A stretch of 64,000 bases of DNA from an uncultured Fibrobacterota bacterium. GTDB lineage: Bacteria; Fibrobacterota; Chitinivibrionia; Chitinivibrionales; FEN-1185. The notes beneath the pieces were generated by a model. The model was given only the letters and a program-made list of their open reading frames with translations. It did not search any database and was not told the DNA's origin. The position numbers and the translations under genes are program-made. Location of the stretch: assembly GCA_963753345.1 (NCBI GenBank), contig CAVWBU010000036.1, forward strand, positions 13,477 to 77,476. Reading direction: 5' to 3'. This document shows positions 1 through 11,122 of the stretch, in pieces. Position 1 is the stretch's first letter. The number at the start of each line of letters is the position of its first letter.

Positions 1-203
1 CGCGGCTGCGGTCGGCGTTGCCCCGTCGGAACTTCACGCATGGTACAGCGATCTTCAGGAAGGCCGCAACCGCACTGTGGGCCGCCGATACATCGGCCCG
101 GTAGTCCGGTCTTCACCCCGCCGCACGGGCGGTTCTTCTTTTTGACTTGGACGCCGGCAGCGGCGATTTTATATTTGAAAAGGAGAGGATCCGGAGATTC
201 ACC

Positions 204-1073
204 ATGCCTACCTTCACCATTTCGGTAAACAACAAAGTGCTGGGCACGTATGTTGTCAAAAAAACGGTGATTACCGTCGGCAGGTCCCGCACCAACACGA
301 TCTCCATCGCGAGCAAGGCAGTATCCCGCACCCATGTCCGCATCGAGCTTTCCCGGGAAGGGTGGACCGTCACCGATCTCGGGTCGCTCAACGGAACGTA
401 TGTAAACGACATCAGGATCACCAATGCGTTTCTGTCCGAAGGCGACAAGGTGACGATCGGTGCCTATGCCATCATGTTTTCGCCGGAGCCCGCGCAGGAG
501 GCTTCGGAGGAGGAATTGCGGCCTGCTGCCGCCCAGCCTGAATCGGAAGAGGCGGACGCCGATGTCCGCGTGGAAGGCTCGCCGCCTTCCACCGAGACGG
601 CTCTGGAACCGCCGAGAGACCAGCCGATACCCGTCGCGGAACCGCAGCCGTCTGCGAGGGAATTCCGCGCGGCGGAAGCTCCCGCTCCCGCCGCCGTGCA
701 GAACACGGTTGAGGGCGACGCGGTTGAGGCCGATACCGGACCGCCTGCTCATCCAGACACGAAGGCATTCACGATTGCCGACGGCGCCGACATTGACAAA
801 AAAGGAGAGGTTGACGGAGGACAATCTTCAGACAACGGGAAGGAAGCGCGACTGGCGCTCCTCCGGAGCAATCCGGCCGGCCTCCAACTGGAGGACAGGG
901 TTCGTCTGGCGGTCATCGAAAATCCTCTTGCCGATGAGGCCGATATCAGGAAACGGCTTTCGGATCCCGATTTCGGGGGTGCAAACGTCGGCAAATCGGA
1001 ATTGCAGGCAATACTCAAGGCCCTCGGCCTTGAAACCAAAATCAAGCGGTACAACTATTTTCTGCATTCGTAA
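204..1073 (+). CDS. FHA domain protein with acidic Pro/Ala-rich linker and small C-terminal domain
   Basis: FHA motifs GRS..N, SRTH, DLGSLNGT; ATG at 204 chosen within ORF 147..1073. Confidence 0.85.
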   Translation: MPTFTISVNNKVLGTYVVKKTVITVGRSRTNTISIASKAVSRTHVRIELSREGWTVTDLGSLNGTYVNDIRITNAFLSEGDKVTIGAYAIMFSPEPAQEASEEELRPAAAQPESEEADADVRVEGSPPSTETALEPPRDQPIPVAEPQPSAREFRAAEAPAPAAVQNTVEGDAVEADTGPPAHPDTKAFTIADGADIDKKGEVDGGQSSDNGKEARLALLRSNPAGLQLEDRVRLAVIENPLADEADIRKRLSDPDFGGANVGKSELQAILKALGLETKIKRYNYFLHS

Positions 1074-1152
1074 ACAGGCGGGGTCGCTTGCCTGTGCATC
1101 TCGGGCGCAAGCCGCCTTGCTGGGGGAATTCTCTTTCTCTCCGCGGGTCCTG

Positions 1153-1488
1153 CTAAGCGGCTGGAGGCGGGGAAGACTCGGACGCAGGATTTCTTTTCCA
1201 GTAGTTGTCGTTCACACGTTTCCTGAGTTCCTTTGAGGCTTCGAACACCGGTTTATATCCTGCCTGCACCTGAATATGTTCGTTGGTACGAGGATTCCGG
1301 GCGCTTCTTGCGCGCCGCTCCTTAATCTTGAACCTGCCGAACCCCCGGATTTCGATGTTTCTTCCCTCCTGAAGCGACTTGGAAACCGCCTCCAAGAGAC
1401 TTTCCACAACAATCTTCGTGTCGACTTGGGTGAGGCCGGTCGTATCTGAGATCTTTTCCACAAGATCCTTTTTTGTGATGTTACTCAT
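1153..1488 (-). CDS. HU/IHF-family nucleoid protein
   Basis: TKKDLV, IEIRGFGRF, ARNPRT motifs. Confidence 0.93.
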   Translation of the reverse strand: MSNITKKDLVEKISDTTGLTQVDTKIVVESLLEAVSKSLQEGRNIEIRGFGRFKIKERRARSARNPRTNEHIQVQAGYKPVFEASKELRKRVNDNYWKRNPASESSPPPAA

Positions 1489-1972
1489 GGGCGTTGCTCT
1501 TTCGCTGGGAAGTTAACGTACCTTATCCTGTCTTAGGAGGGTTCAAGTAAGAACCAGGATTATAGTAACTGCTTTATGTCTTTATCAAGAAATAGAATAT
1601 ATTTGGTTATCCGCCAAAATCAAGGTTTTTTTTAAGATTGGAACTGCCACAAGTAACTGAAAAGGGGTGAGTTAAGGAAAGGCCACGATATATGGTGTAT
1701 GGCGCAATGAGCAGCCACTAGAGGGCAATTTTGATTTCGAGCGCGGTGCATTAAATGAAGCTGCTCCATACTATTGTGAAACCGCGGATGGCATTCGCAA
1801 GTGTGCGGAAGCACATTAGTCTTGAGAAAGCGATTCCCTTTTGTGAAGAAAAGGCGGCCTTGTCACGACAGCCGCCGGGATTATGGCGCCTGCTTCCAAG
1901 ACATTGCATCACCGGCTGCTGGAAGGATCATCACAAACCCAGCCGGGAACATTCGTATTTGCTCAAAAATTC

Positions 1973-2001
1973 TTGACACCTCAATACAGTTGTGTTATAT
2001 T
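1973..2001 (+). promoter_or_regulatory. sigma70-type promoter of groES operon
   Basis: TTGACA (1973-1978), 17-nt spacer, TATATT (1996-2001) preceded by TG extension. Confidence 0.85.
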
Positions 2002-2002
2002 A

Positions 2003-2029
2003 TTAGCACTCATTTACGATGAGTGCTAA
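2003..2029 (+). promoter_or_regulatory. CIRCE operator (HrcA site)
   Basis: Perfect TTAGCACTC-N9-GAGTGCTAA directly after the -10 box; hrcA lies downstream. Confidence 0.97.
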
Positions 2030-2089
2030 TAATTCTCTTATCAAAACGTAATTCTGTCAAACTTAACCACATTTCAAGGAGGAGTTGTT

Positions 2090-2374
2090 ATGAACGTCAA
2101 GCCTTTGGCCGACCGGATTGTTGTAATGCCGTTGGAAGCGGAAGAAAAGACAAAAGGCGGGATCATCATTCCCGACAATGCCAAGGAGAAACCTCAGAAG
2201 GGTGAAGTGATCGCCGTGGGACCCGGCAAGATTTCCGACAATGGAGCGAAGATTGCCATGGAACTCAAAAAGGGCGACAAGGTGCTGTACGGCAAATATT
2301 CAGGGACCGAGGTCACCGTGGACGGCAAGGAATACCTTATTGTAAGAGAAAGCGACGTGCTGGCGATAATCTGA
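2090..2374 (+). CDS. groES: Co-chaperonin GroES
   Basis: [34 protein letters not shown]. Confidence 0.98.
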   Translation: MNVKPLADRIVVMPLEAEEKTKGGIIIPDNAKEKPQKGEVIAVGPGKISDNGAKIAMELKKGDKVLYGKYSGTEVTVDGKEYLIVRESDVLAII

Positions 2375-2448
2375 TTTTTACCGAAGGAAGCCGGAACTAT
2401 CGCATCAGAAAGAAATTCATCCCATCAAATAAACAGGAGTGAGTAACC

Positions 2449-4098
2449 ATGTCAGCAAAGCAATTAGCGTTTGATGTCGTTGCGAGGGAAAAACTGCTCA
2501 GGGGAGTGGACGTCCTTGCCAATGCGGTAAAGACAACCCTCGGTCCCCGCGGCCGCAACGTTGTTCTTGACAAAAGCTTCGGCTCTCCCACCGTCACCAA
2601 GGACGGCGTGACCGTTGCCAAAGAGATCGAGCTTGAAGACAAGTTCGAAAACATGGGCGCCCAGATGGTGAAGGAAGTCGCGTCCAAGACCTCAGATGTT
2701 GCCGGCGACGGTACAACCACCGCCACGGTGCTCGCCCAGGCAATTTCCCGGCAGGGAATCAAGACGGTAACCGCCGGTGCGAATGCCATGGCCGTAAGGC
2801 GCGGCATTGACAAAGCGGTGAAGGCCGTTGTGGAAGACCTGAAAAAGCAGTCCAAGCCCATTGCCGGCAAAAAGGAAATTTCGCAGGTCGCCGCGATTTC
2901 GGCAAACAACGACCAGGAAATCGGCGAGCTTATCGCAGATGCCATGGAAAAAGTGGGAAAAGACGGCGTCATCACCGTGGAAGAGGCCAAGAGCATCGAT
3001 ACGACGCTCGAAGTCGTCGAGGGCATGCAGTTCGACCGCGGCTACGTTTCCCCGTATTTCGTCACCAACACCGAGACCATGGAATGCATTCTCGAAGAAC
3101 CGTATATCCTCATCCACGACAAGAAAATCAGCGCGATGAAGGACCTTCTGCCCCTGCTCGAAAAAACCGCGCAGTTGGGCAAGGGCCTCCTCATTATCGC
3201 CGAAGAGGTCGAGGGCGAGGCGCTGGCGACGCTCGTGGTGAACAAGCTCCGCGGAACGCTCAAGGTCGCGGCTGTAAAGGCTCCCGGCTTCGGCGACCGC
3301 AGAAAGTCGATGCTCGAAGACATCGCGGTCCTCACCGGCGGCATCGTGATCTCCGAGGAGGCGGGCTTCAAACTCGAGAACACCACCGTGGATTCGCTCG
3401 GCAAGGCCAAGCGCGTGACCATTGACAAAGAGAACTCAACCATCATCGAAGGCGCGGGCAAGAAGGAAGACATCAAGGGCCGGGTGAACCAGATTCGCAA
3501 GCAGATAGACGAAACGACCTCCGATTACGACAAGGAAAAACTGCAGGAACGCCTTGCCAAGCTCGCCGGCGGCGTCGCCGTGATCAACATCGGCGCAGCC
3601 ACCGAGACCGAGATGAAGGAAAAGAAGGCGCGCGTGGAAGACGCACTGCACGCGACCCGCGCCGCGGTCGAGGAAGGCATTGTGGCGGGCGGCGGCGTTG
3701 CTCTTATCCGCGCCGCGGCGGCGCTCGATTCGCTCAAGACCGAGGGCGATGAGAAAATCGGCGTTGACATTATCCGCAGGGCAATCGAAGAACCGCTCCG
3801 CTGGATCGTGCAGAACGCCGGCATGGAGCCGTCGGTGGTCGCCAATGAAGTCAAGAACCATAAGGGCGGGTACGGTTTCAACGCCTACACCTGCAAGTAC
3901 GAAGACCTGCTCGCGGCCGGCGTCATCGATCCGACCAAGGTCGTGCGTTCCGCGCTCGAAAACGCGTCGAGCATCGCGGGCCTTATCCTGACAACGGAAT
4001 GCATTGTCACCGAGAAGCCGAAAGAGGAAAAAGAGCCTGCGACGGGAATGGGTGGCGGCGGCATGGGCGGCATGGGCGGTATGGGCGATATGTATTAG
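2449..4098 (+). CDS. groEL: Chaperonin GroEL
   Basis: [20 protein letters not shown] tail. Confidence 0.99.
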   Translation: MSAKQLAFDVVAREKLLRGVDVLANAVKTTLGPRGRNVVLDKSFGSPTVTKDGVTVAKEIELEDKFENMGAQMVKEVASKTSDVAGDGTTTATVLAQAISRQGIKTVTAGANAMAVRRGIDKAVKAVVEDLKKQSKPIAGKKEISQVAAISANNDQEIGELIADAMEKVGKDGVITVEEAKSIDTTLEVVEGMQFDRGYVSPYFVTNTETMECILEEPYILIHDKKISAMKDLLPLLEKTAQLGKGLLIIAEEVEGEALATLVVNKLRGTLKVAAVKAPGFGDRRKSMLEDIAVLTGGIVISEEAGFKLENTTVDSLGKAKRVTIDKENSTIIEGAGKKEDIKGRVNQIRKQIDETTSDYDKEKLQERLAKLAGGVAVINIGAATETEMKEKKARVEDALHATRAAVEEGIVAGGGVALIRAAAALDSLKTEGDEKIGVDIIRRAIEEPLRWIVQNAGMEPSVVANEVKNHKGGYGFNAYTCKYEDLLAAGVIDPTKVVRSALENASSIAGLILTTECIVTEKPKEEKEPATGMGGGGMGGMGGMGDMY

Positions 4099-4125
4099 AC
4101 CGTTAGTCTGTTTTAGAAAAGGAAG

Positions 4126-4151
4126 CCATGGGGAGGCGTTTCTCCCCATGG
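4126..4151 (+). terminator. Stem-loop between groEL and hrcA (partial terminator or mRNA stabiliser)
   Basis: CCATGGGGAG-6nt-CTCCCCATGG; no U-tract. Confidence 0.5.
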
Positions 4152-4166
4152 TCCTATATAAAAGCC

Positions 4167-5204
4167 ATGAGTGAAGACCGATTATCAGACCGTGAGCATC
4201 ATGTCCTTGAGGCGGTGGTGCGGAATTACATTCTGAGCGCGTCGCCGACAGGCTCGCGATTTCTGTCCAAACAGCCGGATTTCGATTTCTCTCCGGCCAC
4301 GATCCGGAACATCATGGGCGACCTGGAGGAGCGCGGGTTTATATCGCAGCCGCACACCTCCGCAGGCCGGGTCCCCACGGACAAGGGATACCGGTACTAC
4401 GTGGACAGGATGATGAGCTCCATGGAGCTCCCCGGGGAAGTCAAAGAGCAGATAAAGACCTACTTGACAAAGGTCGAACCGTCGGACCTCCATCTCCTTA
4501 TGGAGGCGACGTCAAAAGCGCTGTCGCGCGCTACGCACCAGCTTGGCATCATTCTCGCGCCGAAGCTCAGCAGCGGCGTATTTCGCCATGTGCACATCTT
4601 TCCCATAGATTCGCAGCGCGTGCTGATGCACCTCACCATAGATTCCGGTTTTGTAAAGACCATGGTGCTCGAGCTCAAGACCGAACTGTCTCCGGACAGG
4701 CTTCAACGCGCCTGCCAGGTGATCAACGAGCGCTTTTACGGGCTCACGCTTGAGGACATGCTCGTGAAGGAAGACACCGTATTCAAAAACGTCGAACCGT
4801 TCGAACTCGGCCTCATCCGCCTCTTTGTGCCGTCGATAAAGCGGCTCATAGAATCGGAGCGGGACGAAGCGGTGTTCGCCGAAGGCGAAACTAATATCAT
4901 GGTGCAGCCGGAGTTCTTCTCCAGGGACCAGGTGAGCGGGATCATTGAGATACTGGAGGAGAAAAAGCTGCTCCTTCATCTGTTCGAAATGGAACAGGCG
5001 AGCCAGTCCGGCGTGGTTATCTCCATCGGCGGCGAAAACAAGGAGGGACAGCTGCAGTCGTTTTCCGTTGTCAAGACGCAGTATCAGCTTGGACACATGG
5101 AAGGGACGCTGGGGGTTATCGGCCCAACGCGCATGCCGTACCCGTTCCTGGTGAGCGCGGTTGACTATACGGCAAAACTGCTCGGGCAGTTGTATTCCAC
5201 CTGA
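4167..5204 (+). CDS. hrcA: Heat-inducible repressor HrcA
   Basis: SPATIRN, QPHTSAGRVPTDKGYRYYVD, GVIGPTRM. Confidence 0.97.
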   Translation: MSEDRLSDREHHVLEAVVRNYILSASPTGSRFLSKQPDFDFSPATIRNIMGDLEERGFISQPHTSAGRVPTDKGYRYYVDRMMSSMELPGEVKEQIKTYLTKVEPSDLHLLMEATSKALSRATHQLGIILAPKLSSGVFRHVHIFPIDSQRVLMHLTIDSGFVKTMVLELKTELSPDRLQRACQVINERFYGLTLEDMLVKEDTVFKNVEPFELGLIRLFVPSIKRLIESERDEAVFAEGETNIMVQPEFFSRDQVSGIIEILEEKKLLLHLFEMEQASQSGVVISIGGENKEGQLQSFSVVKTQYQLGHMEGTLGVIGPTRMPYPFLVSAVDYTAKLLGQLYST

Positions 5205-5225
5205 TCCGGGGGTGAAGGAAGGACC

Positions 5226-6026
5226 ATGGAACAGCATACCCATAATCACAAGCACGACAATCCCGAACATCCGCATCCGCACAATCATCATGCAGGCGGA
5301 AGCCATGGTGATGCGGAGAAGATGCATCCTGAACCGGACCAGCAGAAACCGGCAGGACATTCGGATGATGCGCAGCCTAAGAATTCCGATGCAAAGGCAG
5401 GGGAGCAGACGGCGGCTCAACCGGCAGAAGGCCGGCAGCAGAACAAGGACAAGGAAAAAATCGCGGATCTCGAATCCCGGCTCGCCGCTGCAAACGACAA
5501 GTATCTGAGGCTGATGGCCGAATTCGACAATTTCAAACGGCGAACCGCCAAAGAGTATCAGCAACTCATAGAACAGGCGAACGAAAAGCTTATCAAGGAC
5601 ATCATTGATGTGCGGGAAAATTTCGAACGCGCGTTCAAGACCCATAAGGAGGGTGCTGATCCCAAGCCGTTTGTGGATGGAATGAAGATGATTTTTTCGA
5701 AACTTGACGGTGTGCTCCACAAACACGGGCTCGAGGTGTACTCAGAGGCCGGGCAGGAATTCGATCCGCAGTTGCACGACGCGATGATGAAATCGGCGCA
5801 CGAAACGGTTCCCGAGCACCACATCGCCGAAGTATGCGAGAAGGGATACAAGCTCAGGGGCAAGGTGATCAAGCATTCGAAGGTCATCGTTTCGAGCGGG
5901 AAACCCTTGCCGGGCGATGAAAAGCAGGCTGCACCCTCGTGCGTGGATACGGGAGACGAAACGGTCTTTGAAGTGTCGGTAAAACCGAAAGAAGAGGGAA
6001 CAACTGACGATACGGCAGGCGCCTGA
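5226..6026 (+). CDS. grpE: Nucleotide exchange factor GrpE with His-rich N-terminal extension
   Basis: LRLMAEFDNFKRR, FDPQLHDA, KGYKL; position before dnaK. Confidence 0.95.
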   Translation: MEQHTHNHKHDNPEHPHPHNHHAGGSHGDAEKMHPEPDQQKPAGHSDDAQPKNSDAKAGEQTAAQPAEGRQQNKDKEKIADLESRLAAANDKYLRLMAEFDNFKRRTAKEYQQLIEQANEKLIKDIIDVRENFERAFKTHKEGADPKPFVDGMKMIFSKLDGVLHKHGLEVYSEAGQEFDPQLHDAMMKSAHETVPEHHIAEVCEKGYKLRGKVIKHSKVIVSSGKPLPGDEKQAAPSCVDTGDETVFEVSVKPKEEGTTDDTAGA

Positions 6027-6084
6027 TCGCCTTACAATACTGCGTCAAGATGCACGTTATTCATAGAGAACAGAAGGAGTTTTT

Positions 6085-8038
6085 ATGGCTAAGATAATAG
6101 GAATAGATCTAGGCACCACGTTCTCGTGCGTGGCGATCATGGAAGGCGGAAAACCGGTTGTGATCCCCAACGCCGAAGGCGAGCGCACCACGCCCTCGAT
6201 GGTCGGGTTCACCAAGGCGGGAGAAAAACTCGTTGGTTCGATCGCGCGCCGCCAGGCGATCACCAATCCGGAAAACACCGTGTATTCAATCAAACGGTTC
6301 ATGGGACGGCGCCACAGCGAGGTGGAGAACGAGGAGAAACGCGTTCCCTACAAGGTGACCGGCGGGGCGAATGAACTTGTCAAAGTGGAAGCCGGCGGCA
6401 AGGAATACACACCTCCCGAAGTCTCGGCGATGATTCTCCAGTACCTCAAGAAGGCCGCGGAGGACTATCTTGGCCAGGAAGTCAAGGAAGCGGTCATTAC
6501 GGTGCCGGCGTACTTCAACGACGGCCAGCGCCAGGCCACCAAGGACGCGGGCCGCATCGCGGGGCTCGACGTGAAGCGCATCATCAACGAGCCCACGGCC
6601 GCGTCGCTCGCCTATGGGCTCGACAAGAAGAAGAACGAGACCATCGCGGTGTACGACCTGGGCGGCGGCACGTTCGACATATCGGTTCTTGACATCGGAG
6701 AAGGCGTGTTCGAGGTCCGCTCCACCAACGGCGACACGCACCTCGGCGGCGACGACTTCGACCAGGTGCTCATCGACTGGATCGCCGACGAGTTCCAGAA
6801 GCAGCAGGGCATCGACCTGCGCAAGGACCGCATGGCGCTCCAGCGGCTCAAGGAAGCCGCCGAAAAGGCCAAGCGCGAGCTGTCAAGCGCCATGCAGGTG
6901 AACATCAACCTGCCGTTCATCACGGCCGATGCGAGCGGCCCCAAGCACCTCGACATGAACCTGACCCGCGCGAAATTCGATCAGCTCACCGCGTTCCTCG
7001 TGGAACGCACGGTGGAGCCGTGCCGCAAGGCCATCGCCGACGCGAAGGTGAAGCTCGAGGACATCGACGAGGTGATCCTGGTGGGCGGACAGACACGTAC
7101 CCCTGCGGTGCAGAAAAAAGTTGAGGAGATATTCTCAAAAGTTCCGAACAAGAGCGTGAACCCCGACGAAGTGGTGGCGGTGGGCGCGGCGATTCAGGGC
7201 GCCATACTCGGCGGCGACGAGACCGTGAAGGACATTCTGCTCCTCGACGTGACGCCGCTTTCGCTCGGCATCGAGACGCTCGGCGGCGTGATGACCAAGC
7301 TCATCGAGCGCAACACCACCATTCCCACAAAGAAAAGCCAGATCTTTTCCACCGCGTCGGACAATCAGCCCGCCGTGTCGATCATGGTGTTCCAGGGCGA
7401 GCGCGAGCTCGCGTCGCACAACAGGCTGCTCGGAAAGTTCGACCTCGTGGGCATCCCGGCCGCGCCGCGCGGCGTGCCGCAGATCGAGGTGACGTTCGAC
7501 ATCGACGCCAACGGCATCCTCAAGGTGAACGCCAAGGACCTTGGCACGGGCAAGGAACAGCAGATTCGCATCGAATCGTCGAGCGGTCTTTCCGAATCGG
7601 AAATCAAGAAAATGGTCAAGGAGGCGGAATCGAACGCGGAGCGCGACAAACAGGAACGCGAAAAAATCGACGTGAAGAACCAGGCCGACCAGGTGATCTA
7701 CCAGACGGAAAAGACCCTGTCTGAAGTAGGCGACAAGATTCCGCTCGACGACAAGAACAAGATCCAGTCGGCCGTCGACGACCTGCGGAAGAAGCTCAAG
7801 GGCGACGACATTGCCGCGATCAAGGCGAGCATGGATGCGCTCATGAAAGCGTCCCACAAGATGGCAGAGGAAATGTACAAGAACGCGGGTGCGCAGGCGC
7901 AGGGCGGGCCGCAGGGTCAGGCCGGGACCCGGACCGCAAGGGCAGGCAGGACCGGGGCCGCAGCCTGGGCAGCAAGATGGGAAGAAGGACGGAGAAGGGC
8001 CGGTGGATGCGGATTTTACGGTGGTAGACGACAAGTAA
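6085..8038 (+). CDS. dnaK: Chaperone DnaK (+1 frameshift near 7925; true end [11 protein letters not shown])
   Basis: [24 protein letters not shown]; canonical acidic C-terminus is in the +1 frame, TAA at 8036-8038. Confidence 0.97.
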
Positions 8039-8256
8039 AAGGCATTCTTAGCGCACTGGATATTTTGAAAAATAAAATTCAAGATATGGAAGGGCCTCGC
8101 TGGCCCTTAGACCCGGCAAGGAAAATGCTTGTTATAACGCCCCACCAACCTCCCCCCGGGGAGGCTATTTATAAAGGGTTTATTTTCGTGAAGAAATTCT
8201 TGTAAATAGTCGAGTAATTTCACCTGGTCTATTTTTTATAAAAAAAGAATTGATCT

Positions 8257-9132
8257 ATGAATTCGGAAAAAGATTTACAGCAGGAAACCCCAGCAATTGG
8301 ATTTGCTGAATTTCTTGAAGAAATCCCGCCGGGACAGTTAAAAAAAATTTCGGAAATTTCGGAAATTATTTTTTCAGGTAGATTCGGGCGGGATATTGAT
8401 GTTTTAATTTGTCCAGAAATACAATTATACTGTGATAATGAAACTTGTAATGGGAATAGGTTTTTTAGATGCACAGGCAAAGAACCTCCGTGGATAAGTA
8501 CAGAAAAGTTTGATAATTTATATATAAACTACTTATGTTCAAATTGTCAAAAAACCGCGAAAACATTTTCTGTTGCAGTCCTCAAAGATAAAGGAACAAC
8601 CTCAGGTCAAGCATATAAATTTGGCGAATTTCCGAATTTCGGTCCACCTACTCCTTCAAGATTAATCAAACTTATTGGCCCAGACAGAGAATTGTTTCTT
8701 AGTGGAAGGCGATGTGAAATTCAGGGTTTAGGTATTGGCGCATTTGTTTATTATCGCCGCGTAATAGAAAACCAAAAGAATAGAATATTTGATGAAATTA
8801 TTAAAGTGTCAACAGTGCTAAATGCACCACAAACAACATTAGATGTCCTTAAAATAGCCAGAGATGAAACCCAATTTAATAAAGCAATGTCCGCAGTAAA
8901 AGATGCAATTCCCCAGGTGCTTCTCATTAACGGTCATAATCCAATTACGCTTCTTCATTCTGCTTTAAGTGACGGTCTTCATGAAAGAACAGATGAACAT
9001 TGCCTTGAATTAGCCACTAGCATAAGGGTTGTCCTTGCAGAACTATCTGAACGCATTTCCCAGGCTTTGAGAGACGAATTAGAGATAAAAACCGCTATTT
9101 CTAGACTGTTAAAAAAAGGTCAGCAACAATGA
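8257..9132 (+). CDS. AT-rich hypothetical protein, Cys-rich N-terminus plus DUF4145/HEPN-like helical domain
   Basis: 291-aa ORF; CDNETC/CSNC; GIGAFVYYRRVIE and LHSALSDGLH resemble DUF4145-like proteins (family is inference). Confidence 0.6.
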   Translation: MNSEKDLQQETPAIGFAEFLEEIPPGQLKKISEISEIIFSGRFGRDIDVLICPEIQLYCDNETCNGNRFFRCTGKEPPWISTEKFDNLYINYLCSNCQKTAKTFSVAVLKDKGTTSGQAYKFGEFPNFGPPTPSRLIKLIGPDRELFLSGRRCEIQGLGIGAFVYYRRVIENQKNRIFDEIIKVSTVLNAPQTTLDVLKIARDETQFNKAMSAVKDAIPQVLLINGHNPITLLHSALSDGLHERTDEHCLELATSIRVVLAELSERISQALRDELEIKTAISRLLKKGQQQ

Positions 9133-9202
9133 TTATTAGTTCGAAAGAATTCTACTGATTTATAGGCGCGTATTTATCATAAAAGAATTTTAGAAAGCAA
9201 CT

Positions 9203-10366
9203 ATGGCCTTACGCGACTTCTACGAAGTCCTCGGCGTCCCCAAAAACGCCTCCGAAGACGACATCAAGCGGGCCTACCGCAAGCTCGCCATGAAATACCA
9301 CCCGGACAAGAACCCGGGCGACAAGAGCGCCGAGGAGAAGTTCAAGGAGGCTACGCAGGCGTACGAAGTGCTCAAGGACCCCAAGAAACGCTCGCAGTTC
9401 GACCAGTTCGGGACCGCCGCGTTCGAGGGGCCGGGCGCACAGGGCGGAGGGTTCGGCGGATTCGGCGGCGCCGGGTTCGACATATCCGACGCGCTGCGCG
9501 CGTTCATGAACGATTTCGGCGGCGACTCGTTCTTTTCCGATCTCTTCGGCATGGGCGGCGGCGGCAGGCGGCGTGGCGGCAGGCGGGGCGGCGGCTCCCG
9601 CGGCAACGATCTGCAGGTGCACCTTTCGCTCAAGCTTTCCGAAATAGCAACCGGCGTCACCAAGACGCTCAAGGTGAAGCGCAAGGACGCCTGCACCGAA
9701 TGCAAGGGGACCGGTTCGAAAAGCGGCAGGCGCGGCACGTGCCAGCAGTGCAACGGGTCGGGCCGCGTTCAGCACGTTTCGAATTCATTTTTCGGCCAGC
9801 TCGTGCAGGAATCGGTGTGCCCGGTGTGCAGGGGCGAAGGCCAGTTGGTGACTGATCCGTGTGCGAAATGCTCGGGCAGCGGCCGCCAGGCCGCGGAGAC
9901 CACGGTATCGGTCGACATTCCGGCGGGCGTGTCGGAAGGCAATTACCTGACCGTGAACGGCAAGGGCGACGCGGGTCAGGGCGGCGGGCCTGCGGGAGAC
10001 CTGATTGTGGTGATCCAGGAAGAACCGGACACGTTTTTCGAGCGCCACGGCATCGACGTGGTGTGCTCAATCGATATATCGTTTTCCGAGGCGGCGCTCG
10101 GCGCCTCAACAACGGTGCCGACGCTTGACGGAAAGGTAAGCCTCAAGATCCCGCCGGGCACGCAGTCCGAAAAGATATTCCGGCTCCGCGGCAAGGGCCT
10201 GCCCGCGCTGCACAGCTCCCAGCAGGGCGACCAGCTCGTGCGCGTGCACGTGAAAACGCCGGAGCGGCTTTCCAGAGAGGAAAAGGAGCTGTTTGAGAGG
10301 CTGGCAGGGCTGGGGACAAAGGACAAGGGGAGTTTTGAGAAGTTGAAAGGATTCTTTGCTCAGTAG
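9203..10366 (+). CDS. dnaJ: Chaperone DnaJ
   Basis: HPD J-domain, G/F region, four CxxCxGxG repeats. Confidence 0.98.
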   Translation: MALRDFYEVLGVPKNASEDDIKRAYRKLAMKYHPDKNPGDKSAEEKFKEATQAYEVLKDPKKRSQFDQFGTAAFEGPGAQGGGFGGFGGAGFDISDALRAFMNDFGGDSFFSDLFGMGGGGRRRGGRRGGGSRGNDLQVHLSLKLSEIATGVTKTLKVKRKDACTECKGTGSKSGRRGTCQQCNGSGRVQHVSNSFFGQLVQESVCPVCRGEGQLVTDPCAKCSGSGRQAAETTVSVDIPAGVSEGNYLTVNGKGDAGQGGGPAGDLIVVIQEEPDTFFERHGIDVVCSIDISFSEAALGASTTVPTLDGKVSLKIPPGTQSEKIFRLRGKGLPALHSSQQGDQLVRVHVKTPERLSREEKELFERLAGLGTKDKGSFEKLKGFFAQ

Positions 10367-10372
10367 GCACGA

Positions 10373-10672
10373 CTAATCAATCTGATCGCGATTCGGAATT
10401 CTCCTTGAATGAACGATCCCGATGATTGCCACTCTGTGCTCGGTCAGAATCTTATAGAGAATTCGGTAGTTGAAGACTTTCAATTCCCTGTACAAATCCT
10501 CCCGCAATTCGGGAATCATATGCCCAATACGAACATTGACCCTTAAGCGGCTTGATTCCTTGACGACAAGCTGTACAACGCGCCTTGCCTGAAACGGCGA
10601 ATCCTTTGCAATGTATTCTCCGATTTGGTCAAGGTGTTCGTAGGCCCGAACCGCCCAAATCACTTCAGCCAT
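10373..10672 (-). CDS. RelE/ParE-family toxin
   Basis: MAEVIW..A..L..I.EYIAKDSP, G..IPEL, YRILY, IVHSRR. Confidence 0.85.
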   Translation of the reverse strand: MAEVIWAVRAYEHLDQIGEYIAKDSPFQARRVVQLVVKESSRLRVNVRIGHMIPELREDLYRELKVFNYRILYKILTEHRVAIIGIVHSRRIPNRDQID

Positions 10673-10842
10673 TTTGCCAGCTTTCGGCGTACCTCGTTTT
10701 CCGTAAGCACTTTTCCCGTTTCGATATCTTTCTCGCCCCGCTCGATACATTCGAGTACATACAGATGGTACTGGATGTCATCTAAGGTTGCCTCCTCGGG
10801 CAAACCGGAAATAACTTTCTGGGCCTTTTCTTTCACCGTCAT
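10660..10842 (-). CDS. Putative antitoxin
   Basis: 60 aa, LPEEATLDDIQYHLYV..IERG; overlaps toxin start by 13 nt. Confidence 0.8.
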   Translation of the reverse strand: MTVKEKAQKVISGLPEEATLDDIQYHLYVLECIERGEKDIETGKVLTENEVRRKLAKWLK

Positions 10843-11122
10843 ACAGCGCTCCTTTGCGTCGGGTTCTCAGGAACAATGCTGGCTCAAAAGGAAAATATAC
10901 CACCGGACGGGATAAAAATAAAGGTTGTTTGTCATGATTTGGTGATGTTGGAACACAACATCCAAGACTTCAATTCGAGGTAAAAAGCACAATTATCCCC
11001 GGGCGGGGAAATGCACGGCATCGAAGCGCATAGCGGAATATTGCAATACTGACGCTTCGTTAACAGGAACCTGAGCCAAAGCTAAGGTTGATTTTAGATA
11101 AAAATTATAGGCCGCCATTAGC

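Noticed and set aside
1-145. Possible ncRNA or gene end at the window edge
   Set aside because: A GC-rich stretch with a small hairpin and T-run, but no tmRNA, 6S, SRP or RNase P signature I can support.
4099-6084. Second CIRCE before hrcA or dnaK
   Set aside because: No TTAGCACTC-N9-GAGTGCTAA-like match seen.
7925-8205. Extended Arg-rich DnaK C-terminus in the ORF track
   Set aside because: Canonical DnaK ending lies in the +1 frame and stops at 8038; the extension is a frameshift artefact.
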